A stretch of 64,000 nucleotides of DNA from the NCBI RefSeq assembly GCF_009914755.1, contig NC_060925.1. One strand, written 5' to 3'. Each line of letters starts with the position of its first letter. The stretch's first letter is position 1. Below, in pieces: positions 32,038 to 43,686 of the stretch. This DNA is from the human T2T-CHM13v2.0 reference genome, Homo sapiens. A program made the position numbers and the translations under genes. A model generated the notes under the pieces. The model was not told the origin of the DNA. It saw only the letters and a program-made list of their open reading frames with translations, and searched no databases.

Positions 32038-32500
32038 GAGATAAGTTTGATGGATGGTCACCCAAGCCTGCCCACTGATGGCAAGTCGGACCTATGGGTA
32101 AGCACTTAGGAAACTTCTACTTGAATTAACATGAGGAGCTGCAGAAGTACTTGGTTTTATTTACACAGCTCAGCACCTAGATAGATTTTCAAGATTTTGA
32201 GCTCTTGTGTAACATGTCATGCCGCCAAAGTTGCTATTAACTCTTGGGCAATTTGCAACATATCCTAGACGAGTCTTGGCTTCCAGTGGTCACCCTCCAA
32301 GCAGGCACTGCTGGGTTCTTGGAATGTGGTCAAAGAACTCAACAATCAAGGACTTCTCCAAATATGTGTGTAAAGTTGTGAAAGCTGTGCCTTCTCCCCA
32401 CCTTCTGCCAGCAGCATGGGGCATTACAATGGGCAAGAGCCAAGGGGAGTTCATTTTTCTTTGCCTTCCTGTGAAGAAAGCACCTCTTTCTTCAGACTTA
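32038..32500 (+). pseudogene. Putative degraded PRY/SPRY (B30.2) exon
   Basis: After an AG acceptor: EISLMDGHPSLPTDGKS; then in another frame QFATYPRRVLASSGHPPSRHCWVLGM...WGITMGKSQGEFIF; then HLF after a frameshift. By-eye similarity only. Confidence 0.35.
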
Positions 32501-33576
32501 CTGTGAAAGGAAGCATTGTTGGAAGAAACTGTCAATAATCTTGCTGTCTGTCAAGGAGAAGTTGGAATCCAGGTTTTCATGGGGTTCTCTCCTTATGTCC
32601 CCTGAGTGCCCCCCACCTTCTTCCTTTCTGTTCTACAACCACCCCGTGGGACAGAACACAAGAATGCCAATCAAGCTGGGATTTCTCCTGGGAGAAGAAA
32701 AAGCCTAATAGAAAAGAGAAACATACAAAAAAACCAAATCTTTCAACTCATATTTGTATGTGTATTCAGAATGAGAAAAGCCAAGATTTCTAAAATGGAG
32801 TGTCCCCCAACCCCAGGAACTTACTATTAAGTAACACTGAGTGGTGACCATGTGTCCAGTCCTGTTCTAAGTGTTCATCACATAATAACTCATTTAATCA
32901 TCACAACAAGCGTATGAAGTCAATGCTATTATCATCATCATCCCCATTTTACAGATGTGGAAACAGGCACTGAGAGAGTTCATGCCCAAGATTACAGTTA
33001 GGAAGTGACAGAGCTCCAATTTGACCTGGAAGTCTGATTCTAGAGCCTTCTGTAATCTCTTAGGAGGGGAGATAAAACATCAAAGACAGAGTGAGCTATT
33101 TAAAATGTGAATTTGATCATGTCACCCCACCACTTAAAATCCTTTCAATGGCCTCACACTGCTTTTAGGATGGAGGCCAACTTCTCACCCTGCCAGCCTC
33201 CCTGGCCTCCCTGCACTCCACCATGTGGCCTCTGGTCTGTGTCTCAGATGTGCCATGCTCCCTCCCACCACCCAAATTTGGTATTAGCTGTTTCCTCTAC
33301 ATAAATCCATTTGCCCTTCTCCTCCCCCTCCTCCTCCTTCTCTTCTCCTTCCTCTTTTCTCCCCTCCTTCTATTTCCTCTTTCTCCTCCCCCTCCTCCTT
33401 TTTCTCCTTCTCCAGTTCTTCACTCTAGCATCTCTTCCTTAGGTGAGCCTCCCCTGACACTTGATCTTTGACCCTTGTCTACCCCACATACTGTCATGGC
33501 CACACCACTGTCCCTGTCAGTGTGCCACCACACTGATTCATGGTCATTTGAGTAAACTTTGTTCCTTCTCCGCACC

Positions 33577-33880
33577 AGCACTGTCCAATAGAAATATCAT
33601 ATGAGCCAAACAGGACATCTGACATTTTTCCAGTAGCCATATTTTAAAAAGTAAAAGAAACAAATGACATTTATTTTAACAATGTATTTTATTTAACCCA
33701 ACGTATCCAAAATATGGTCATTTCAACATGTAATCAATAACAAAATTATTAATAAGATACTTTCCCTTCTTTTTATTATCCTAAGCATTCATACCCTTAG
33801 GATACATGTCAATTCAGACCAGCTGTGCTCCAAGTGTCCAGGATACACATGTGGCTTGTGGCTATGCTATTGAACAAGGC
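33577..33880. mobile_element. MER33-like hAT fossil
   Basis: cagcactgtccaatagaaat...tagccatatttt...atttcaacatgtaatcaata. Confidence 0.7.
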
Positions 33881-33965
33881 AGGTCTCATCCCATCACTGT
33901 TTTTCAGAAAGGTCAAGTGTGTGGCCGTCTCTCTGGTGATAGAACCGAGGTCAAAGCAATCAGTC

Positions 33966-34165
33966 CAGTGGCTCTCACCCAGCAGGGATTCCTACCCCAG
34001 GGAACATTTGGCAACATCTGGAAATAGTTTCGATTGTCTTGATCAGAAAGTGAGAGGGTGGGATCGGCTATTGACATCTACCGGTTAGAGGCCAAAGAAG
34101 CTACCAAACATCCTAAAACGCACAGGACATCCCCTCACAATGAAGACTGATTCCACCAAAGCGGT
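33966..34165. mobile_element. MER20-like DNA transposon fossil
   Basis: cagtggctctca...acatttggcaacatctgga...aaacatcctaaaacgcacaggaca. Confidence 0.75.
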
Positions 34166-35159
34166 CCAGGGCTAGATGAGCTCTTGGACTCCGCATGTGT
34201 TCATACGCTCATTCATTCATTTCCCCCCGCTTCTTGGGGCCTGTTCCTTCTGTCGTCTACACTGTCAGCTGTGCTGGTTAAAGACTAACAGCCTACTTAA
34301 TGCCGAGCCTGCCTTTATCCATCAGTCCAGTAGACAGGTTCTTCCCGACAGACTGCCAAGCCAGGAGGGGAGAATTCCACATCTGCCTCCTGGAGGGGTG
34401 TTGGGAGCCAACTGGCATTTGCCTTGGGTTGGAATCCACCCCCAACAACACACAGACACACCAAGAGGCTGGAGAGTGAGATTTAGTCATTATTTCCATT
34501 GCAAACCATTTCTGAGCATCATTAAAAATCTTCACTTGAGTTTGTGCAAGGAGGGCAGGTGCACCAGACCGTGAACAAGCACATTGTCAGCCTGGCCTTG
34601 TCTGCCCAGTCGGCCTCAACAGGAGACAAGCTAGAATATGCATGAGACAGCCCGACTTCCCCAGGGGAGCTCGAAAGTGACGCGAACCCCGCCTGGGCTC
34701 ACCCAGGGCTCTGCCTGCCTCGACAACCCTTCCCTCCCTCAGCTCTGTGCCAGGGAGGCGGGCACGACTGACAGCATCCACTGAAACACATTTATCCTTT
34801 AACGCCCTCCTCATTTTAGGAGATTTAGGGAACACAGCTCACTTTCTAAAAGGGCCAGAACAACACGTTTGTAAGCAGAAAACTGGATTGAGATTTGAAG
34901 GGATTTCCCCAAGCCCTCCTGGCTCTGAGCAGCCCTTCACCACCCCATTGTCTTTTGGGGGATATTTCCTTACACAGGCTCTGACCAGGCCCTGAGAAAA
35001 CAAAGTGAAAGTTTCTAGTACAGGGCCTGGCCTATATTGGAGATTTTATTTTAAAAATAACTTTTTAGTTGACAGCAACCTAGAAGGAGCCTGAGTTGAA
35101 CCATCTGGGACCTCTATGAGCTCCCAAACTCCTTACTCTTGGCACACGAGACACGACTT

Positions 35160-36530
35160 TTGTTTTTTACAGCTTTGTTGAGGTATAATTAACATGTAAA
35201 CACCGAAGATAATTAAAGCGCACAATCCGATAAGTCTTGACAAATGTGTACACCTGTGAAACCATCACCACAATCAAGATGGTGAGCAAATCCATGGCTC
35301 CTAAAGCTTCCCCAAGGCCCTTGGGAATCCCTCCCACTCTCCCCATACCCAGGCAAGTACCCATCTGCTTTTGGTCAGTGATATGGTTTGGCTGTGTCAC
35401 CACCCAAATCTCATCTTGAATTGTAGTTCCCATAATTTCCACATGTCGTAGGAGGGACCCAGTGGGAGGTCACTGAATCATGGGGGCAGGTCTTTCCTGT
35501 GCTGGTCTTGTGACAGTAAATAAGTCTCACAAGATCTGATGGTTTTATAAAGGAGAGCACCCCCTGCACACCTTTCTTGCCTGCCGCCATGTAAGGCATG
35601 ACTTTTCTCCTCCTTCGCCTTCTACCATGATTGTGAGACCTCCCCAGCCATGTGGAACTGTGAGTCAGTTCAACCTCTTCCCTTTGTAAATTACCCAGTC
35701 TCGAGTATGCTTTTATTAGCAGTGTGAGAACAGACTAATACACTCAGTATGGGTTGGTTTGCATTTTACATAATTTTATATAAATAAAATCAGACATCTA
35801 CTCATTTTTTGCCTGGCTTTTTTCATTCAGCATAACTATTTTGAGTTTCATCCATGTTATTGCATGTTCTCTTTTATTACTGAGTAGTATTCCATCGTAT
35901 GGATATACCAAAATTTGTTTATCCATTTACTTGATGGGCTATTACAAATAAAGTGGCTGTGAACATTCATGCACCAGTCTTTGTGTGGACATGTCCTTCC
36001 ATTTCTCCTGGAGAGAAACCTAGGAGGATTTATCTAGAAATGGCTAGGATCATAAGGTAGGTCTAAATTTAACTTTTTAAGGAATTGCTAAACTGTTTCC
36101 CAAGGTGGTTGTTCCATTTGATGTTCTATCAGCATTGTATGAGAGTTCCAGATGCTCCACATTCTTGCCAGCTCTCAGTGTAGAGCGTAGTCGGACTTTT
36201 TAATTTTAATATTCTAGTGGGTGTGCAGTATCTCAGTATGGTTTTAATTTGCATTAAGACCATGAGGATTGATGTGCCTTCCATGTGCTTATTTGTCATC
36301 CATTTATCTTCTTTGTCGAAGTGTCTGCTCAAATCTTTTGCTCATTTTTTTTTAGTGTGATTATTGTTTTCTTGTTATTGCCTTTTAAGAGTTGTTCATG
36401 CATTCTGGACCTAATTGTTTTATCAGCTATGTGATTAGCAAAATATTTTCTCCCATTCTGTTGCTTGTCTTCTCATTCTCTTAATAGCATCTTTTGAAGA
36501 ATAGGAGTTCTTAACTTTTAATTTAAAAAA
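35160..36530 (-). mobile_element. L1MB/L1MC 3' portion
   Basis: T-rich antisense L1 (ttgaggtataatt, gagtagtattccat, gttttaatttgcatt). Confidence 0.8.
35379..35742 (+). mobile_element. THE1-type MaLR solo LTR inserted in L1
   Basis: tgatatggtttggctgtgtc...caaatctcatcttgaattgta...cagactaataca; 5-bp TSD-like (g/c)tcag. Confidence 0.93.
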
Positions 36531-37336
36531 GAATATTCACCTTATTGGGAGGTGGTTTCCCAGATGTTGGGGTATATACTAGGATGCTCCACCAGATGAT
36601 AACAGTGAGTTCTCTCATCCCAAACCAACCTGCCCCCTTGCTGAGCAACCTGCATCCAAATGGAGCCTCCCAGGAAATTTCTAAGTGAGACCTCTCTGTG
36701 CCTCAGTTTCCTCATCTGTAGAATGAAGATGATAATAGATAATAATACCCGCATCATAGGGCTGAGGAAGGAATTAGTTAATAGAGTTAAAGCTCTTGGA
36801 ACCATGTCTGGCACTTAGTAAGTGCTATGTAAGTGTTACCTTGGTATTGTTACTTCACACTACAGATTTCCACGCAAAACAAATATATCACCTTGGGGCA
36901 AAATACCTGGACAGTCTTCTTTACTTTGTTTTATGTTTAATAAGTATCTGTTTATTTCTTATGCCAGTCCTGGGCTGAATGCTTACCTCATTTACCCACT
37001 AAAACAACCCTAAGAAGAAGGTACAATCATTATCCCCATTTTACAGGTGAGGAAACTGAGAGCCAGCATGGTTAGGGAGTGGCTAAGCTAGAACTGAAAC
37101 TAAGTTCCTCTGGCCCAAACACATGCTGGAAACCATCAGTCCGCAGTGACTGTCCTCCAGGAAAGAGTGGGCCCATGAGTGGAATGGGCCACTCCTAGAA
37201 TCACATGGGGCTGCTGCCTCAGGGCTTTGCTTGTCCACTCGTCCAGGTGTGGAATTACAAACACACCAGAGAACACAAAAGGAAGGTGCAGGGACATCTG
37301 CCATGTTCTCCAGGCCTTTTAGAAAACATGCAGTTT

Positions 37337-37796
<460 letters not shown>

Positions 37797-38102
37797 TTAG
37801 CATTGTTGTAAACAAACAAGTTAAGGACCAGAGAATTAATGTGCATATTGAGCATATTAGGCACCAGAAATGCATGAAGGAAAATGATTAGAAAAAGAAG
37901 GAAGGCAAAGAATAAGATACCTGTGTTTAACGAAGCGCCAGCCTGCTCCACCCAGGGAAGCACACTTTGTGAGAGCCAGTGGAATGGGGTCTGGGCTGCT
38001 GGAACCTATTCCCTATGCTTCATGTCATAATAGGTATTAAATAAAAAAGGCTTCTGGACTGCAAAAGAAGATAAAAAAATAAAACATTTATTGACCACAT
38101 TC

Positions 38103-38407
38103 TTTTTTCTTTCTTTCTTTTTTTTTTTTTGAGACCAAGTCTCGCTCTGTCGCCCAGGCTGGAGTGCAGTGGCACGATCTCGGCACACTGCAACCTCTGC
38201 CTCCCGGGTTCAAGCAATTCTCTGCCTCAGCCTTCCGAGTAGCTGGGACTACAGGCACCCACCACAACACCCGGCTATTTTTGTATTTTCAGTAGAGACG
38301 GGGTTTCACCATCTTGGCCAGGATGGTCTTGAACTCCTGATCTCGTGATCCACACACCTCGGCCTCCTAAAGTTCTGGGATTACAGGTGTGAGCCACCAT
38401 GCCTGGC
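38103..38407 (-). mobile_element. Alu (S-like)
   Basis: Reverse Alu; TSD tgaccacattcttttt. Confidence 0.95.
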
Positions 38408-39494
38408 CTGACCACATTCTTTTTGCCAGCACTGGGTTAAGCATTTGGGGGGATACAAAAATGAATACTATCTAGTCCTTAACCTTGAATAGTACTAGCT
38501 TATACTTTTATAGCTTTTACTACATGAGGTTTTGTGTATGTGCTTTACATATATTAACTGATTTATTTCTCAGAGCAGCCCCATGAGAAACAGGGCTATG
38601 AGATGGACACCCTCCTAAATCCCCATTTTATAGATGGAGAGGCATTCAAAACCTTGTCCAAAGTGTCACAATCAGTAAGGAGTAGAGCCAGGATCTGGTT
38701 CCAGGCAGGCAGGCTGCAGAGTCCATACCACGCTCTACGTGGCCACTTGAGCTCAGGGGGAAGGTGGGAGGGGCATGAACATGCAACTGGACAATGTATT
38801 TGGAGGACAACCAGGTACCCAATGAGTCCTTGTAAGCTCAGAGGTGTTCCACTGAAAAAGCTGAGTAACTCTACTCTGGAAAATGTCACCTACACCAGCC
38901 CATTTATTCAAGAAATACTCACTGAGCATGCACAGTGTGCCGGGTTTGTGCCCAATGGGAGAGACACACCATGAGCACATCGGACAGGGATCCTGCCTTG
39001 CAATGGAGAAGGCATACCTGGGCTAGGAATCTCAAAGGAGCTGAGTGCCACTGGGAAGTGCAGAGGGATTTGGGACCATATTATTTGGGGGCTGACCTCC
39101 TCCTAGCATTGGGGTAAGCTTGCTGGAAGGAGGGACGTTCAGCAGAGAGCTAGCTGTGTTATGTGGCGAGGGGGCATTCTAAGCAGGGGAAAGAGAATGA
39201 GATCGTAATGATGGAGACTTCTTGGGCATTCAGGGGCTTAAAAGAAATCCAATGCAACTAGGATGTAGAAAGAAAAGGGGAGAGACGTGCCAGATGGAGC
39301 CAGACGGCATTCAGGGGCCAGATTTTTGTGGTCCCTCCATCCTGAAGCAATGAGGGAGTAGTTGTGGGGCACGTGAACCAGGGTAAGAAACTGCTATTAC
39401 AAATCCACTCCGAAATATACAACCCTTCAGTCACAGTGCAAATATCTCGCACCTAACAGTCTGAGGCATGGATTCATTCCTGGTCGGTAAACTG

Positions 39495-40276
39495 CTGTAT
39501 CAGTCATCTATTGTCCTAATGCCATGTAACAAACAACCATAAAGTTTCAGTGGCACACACAATCGTATTTATTGCTCAGGCATCCAGGGTCAGATAGGGC
39601 TTGGCTAGATACTCTGCTGATCTCCCTGCACCCACTCCCATGCCTTGGGTTGCTGGCTAAAGGCTGAGCTGAGCTGCACAACTGGAGTGACTTGGCTCCA
39701 TCCTGTGTCTTTCCATCTCCAGCAGAACAGTCAGGAATGTTCCTGTGGAGATGGCAGAGATGCAACAAACAGGCAGAAACATGCAGGATTTTTTGTGACT
39801 TAGCCTTGGAAATGACACACCATTGCTTCTGCCTCATTTTATTGCAATGGAGAACATACGCCATTGCTTTGGCCAGTGTACTCCAGCTTTATGGGAAGGG
39901 CTCCAAGTCCACATGACAATAGACACAGATACAAGGAGAAGTGAGATGCAGAAGCATTTAATGCACTCTGTCTACCACGATCTCCAGCCCAAATATGTTG
40001 ATTCAGGAACCCTGGCTCCTGCCACCTGAGGAGCCTTGTCATCACAGGAAACCACTCAATAAAAGGGGAAAATAAGAATGGAGGAGGCACGTGGCCTCTT
40101 AAGAGCCTTGAGCTACAAGTGGCACACATCACTTCCTCTCACATTCTGCTGATGAAAACCAGTCACATGACTAAGCCTACCTTCAAGTCCCCAGCCAGAC
40201 AGCTGCTTTCCAGCCACAACTGTTTAGTTTGGAAGGGCAGATCAACTTTGATGGACAATCAGCCATCTCTGCTGCA
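39495..40276. mobile_element. MLT1-type LTR fragments
   Basis: tgtatcagtcatctattg, aacaaacaaccat, cacatcacttcctctcacattctg, agtcacatg. Confidence 0.6.
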
Positions 40277-41745
40277 GGGAGTGACCCACCTGGTGCTACC
40301 CTAAGTTCCTAAAGGAATGAGGATCAGAGTAAGATTTTTCTGCATCACAGCACTGCCGCAGGCAGAAGTGATGGCAAACCCTTCATCATAACCCGAATCA
40401 CCTGCCAGATGTGTCAAAGAGGCACCAAAAAATAGCACATGTGCTCAGGCATTAGTCTACACTAAGTTGCTGCAAAGATGCTTGTCGTTGCAGAGTTAAC
40501 GCAGCAGAGAGAGAGATAGAGACTAGACACATTACATTGTTCCTGGACTCCACCTCCCCTCCTGAGGCCACACCCAAGTACCCGGTGGGACATATGTGAG
40601 GGGATCCCCCTCCCCGGCCTCAGACTTCCCTCTCCCACCTCCTGTGGAGGCTGCCAGCAAGCTCTGGGCATGCCCAGCCCGTGGAGAGAAGGAATCCCAG
40701 CAACCTCTGCCCTGCCTCCCTCTCAGAACGATGCCCCCAGGAACGTGAGTCTCTGGAAAGCCACGGGTCGGCTTGTCAAGCCTCTCTCCAGAAAACAGAG
40801 ACATGAAGTGAATGCCAATGATCCCCACACCCATGAGGAGGGGGATGCAATTATAGAAAATTCTGCTTACAGTTCAGATTCAATATTTGGAAGGGATAAT
40901 CCTGAAATAAGAGATTGCCTGATTTCTTTCCCAAGCCTGTGAATGGTTCATTAGCTCCTATTTGACATTTGATGGTTCCATCTGATTGGCTTTATTGTGG
41001 AGTTGGACTTTAAGAAAATCCCCAAGACAGAGCAATCAAGTTTCACAATGATCCCTAACTGCAAATTTGAAAACACAAATGGCAGCTGCGTCTTGGACAT
41101 CAATCCCATGAATGCGGTGGGGGATTTGTATTTCATCCCCACTTAATGAAACTCAATCCTGCTTGGCAAATCGGGGCCCCTGACTCAGCAGTTAGGATCT
41201 CCTCTGCAGCTCAGCCCGGGTGCTGCAAACAAAGAACCCCCAGACTTGAACATCAGCAGAGATGCGGTGCATCCTGATCTTGGGCAGGGCCACTTAGGCA
41301 CTGGGGCCCTGGAGGAAGGAGAGGTCTCTGAGGAATGTGCAATTGAGGCTGTACTCTCTAGAGGATGCAGTCTAACTGTGGAGGTGGGTCCCTTGCACCA
41401 AAAACAGAAGCAATAAAGACAGCAGATGTTCAATTCCATGGTGGGGGCCCAAGGCTGCAGGAATTCCCCAGAAGGGGAAAGTAGGAAAGGCTGTGGTCTG
41501 GGCGGGCTTCCTGGAAACATGATGTTTGCAGAGGGCAGAGGGAGGCAGCCCAGGCAGATGTCAGCAAAGGGCTGGAGGGTTCTGCTCAACAGCTCCCCCA
41601 CTTCCTGGCTGGAGATGGTGCCCCTTCTGGATTCCCACCACCTCCTCGGCTCCCCCATTTGCTACGTGGGCATTGTCCTTATCTGTGCATCTGCCACGTG
41701 GCGCGGTCCTCATCTGTCCTCTTCAACCACAGACCCTTTGCAGGC
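40277..41745 (+). pseudogene. Putative highly degraded TRIM-like pseudogene (RING, B-box, PRY/SPRY relics)
   Basis: By-eye motifs in correct order with stops and frameshifts: CYPKFLKE, FFCITAL, ITCQMCQ (40397), ICEG..LRL..CGGCQQ (40592-40660), HAQPVE, DLNISRDAVHPDL (41243), FNSMVGAQG, PICYVGIVLICAS (about 41655-41695), HL..FNHRPFAG. No database search was done. Confidence 0.4.
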
Positions 41746-42439
41746 AGGGATGAACGTATCCATTTCTGAGCCCTGGTGCCCTACAGGGACTTGGAACCCA
41801 ATAAATATTTGATGGCTGAACGGAAAATGGCACCTAACTGTATTACATGCCCTCAGGTCATTGTTATTCCTGCGGGGGCGGGGGGTGGACTGGCCTCCTG
41901 GACCATCTTCTGTGCCACTTCTTTGAGATCAGGATTCCAGGAATCCAGGGCCTTCCATGGGGCAGTGTTCGTGGGAGATGAACACTCAATTGTTTTCTTT
42001 AACCCCTGGAAGGGACGTTCCAGGCTGGAGGGGACGAGGGGATACCTCTGGAGGATCTCAAACGTGAGGAGGGCTTTGTATCTGCTGACCACCCACACAG
42101 GCCCGGTGTGTGGTGCTAGAGACAGCCAAGGTGGCCTGCCCCTCAGAAGCAGGTTAGTAGCCCTCCCTGCGCTTTAGGGTTCTCTCTGTAAAAAGGGGGA
42201 AGTTCCATGCTTCCTGGGGCTGTGTGAGGAACCCGCATGTTCACACTTTTGCAGCCTTGAGACCACAGATTCCCAGCAAGCACTTCCTGGCACTACTGCG
42301 CCTTCGTTCCACCCTCCTCACTGACCCATTTCAAGGCAGAGGTGTCATTCACGTCTCACAGTGCAGGGCACAGACACTCAGAGAAGAGAACAACTTGTCC
42401 AAGACCCCTCATTCGTGTGGACCTCTGCTGTACCTGACT

Positions 42440-42670
42440 CCAAAGCCCCAGCGCCCGGCCGGCTGCTGGGCGAGACAGGGAGTTGAGGAAGGGCGATCCT
42501 GCTGGCGCGGACGGTGTGAGCTAGGCGCGCTCCGGGTCCTCCGTGAATTCCCAGTTTCCAGGCAGCTGCGCCCGGGCCCGCCTCCCCGAGTCGGCCCCCA
42601 CCTCTGCACGCAGAGACCTCTCCTCACCTCCCGCCCGGCCAGATCACAGGGCCGCCGAGTCAGATGGGAT
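42440..42670. promoter_or_regulatory. Small orphan CpG island / GC-box cluster
   Basis: Dense CpG (gcgcccggccgg, ggcgcggacgg, gcgcccgggcccgcc, cccgcccggcc) in an otherwise CpG-poor background; not an Alu. Confidence 0.65.
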
Positions 42671-42724
42671 CCCTGCCCCCATCAGCCCTTCTGCACTGCC
42701 CAGCACATATGGCCTCCCTCCCAG

Positions 42725-43180
42725 CCCACCCACACACCACACAGCCTCACATCCGCACGGTCACAGACACACTCACACACACAGCAAAAACCACTCGCAC
42801 ACGCTCCCATATGCCACTCACACACACACATCCACGCACACAGGCTGACACAGGCTCACACACACATGCCCATACTCTCACATGCAGATACACACACAGA
42901 CACAGAAAGCACTCCCATATACACATACTCCCACACACCAGCACACGATCCTCACACACAAGGACACACAACACGCTCCCCTACACACACGAGAGCACTC
43001 ACAAGTACACACGAATATACACAATCACTCTCACATGTGGACACGCGCGGACACGAAAAGCACACCTGGATACACATGTTCCCACGCACATTCTCACCAG
43101 GGCTTGGGGCATGTACACACATGCTCACACACAGATACAACCCCCACCCCCACCACACACACACACACCTTTCACACCTG
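42725..43180. repeat. Degenerate (CA)n low-complexity tract
   Basis: Imperfect CACA repeats over about 450 bp. Confidence 0.9.
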
Positions 43181-43652
43181 CCGTGTGGCCATGGGCGAGA
43201 AAGCCGGGTCAGAGCCATGCACCTCTCCTCCTCACAGAACACTAGGGCGAAGCTGGTCTCTGGGGGCCCCGTGTCCTCCTTGTAGTTCTCCCTCTGCCCT
43301 TGGCTGCCCCCAAGACCCGACTTCAATGCAGGTCCCACTTGGGGCCTGAACTTCCTCCTCTCCTCCCCTCAGCCCCACTGTTCACCTCCGCATCTCCTCT
43401 CTGCAAACCCCAGGACTCGGGCATCAGCAGGGGCTTTTCGGTAACGACCCCGCACACCACCTCCCCTCCCCGCACCCCCAAGGCGCATCGCTGATGCTGA
43501 CTGTCACGGTCATGCTGGTAGGACCCCCAGGCGCAGACACGGGGACAGGGAGGCTCTCCGTTACCCCTCAAAGCAAAGCGCAGAAATGACTGCTCACCCC
43601 ATTAACTCTCAAGGTGGTGCCTCAGGGAAATGGATTAGGACTCATTCCCCGT

Positions 43653-43686
43653 CTGCAGTCTTCCCTGCCATCACCAGGGGGCAGCC
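43653..43686 (+). promoter_or_regulatory. Candidate CTCF site (core plus upstream motif)
   Basis: CTGCAGtcttccctgccaTCACCAGGGGGCAGC: core close to CCACCAGGGGGCGC, with TGCAG upstream module at typical spacing. Confidence 0.65.

Noticed and set aside
42224-43349. 353-aa and overlapping ORFs
   Set aside because: GC-rich island plus CA tract; low-complexity artefact.
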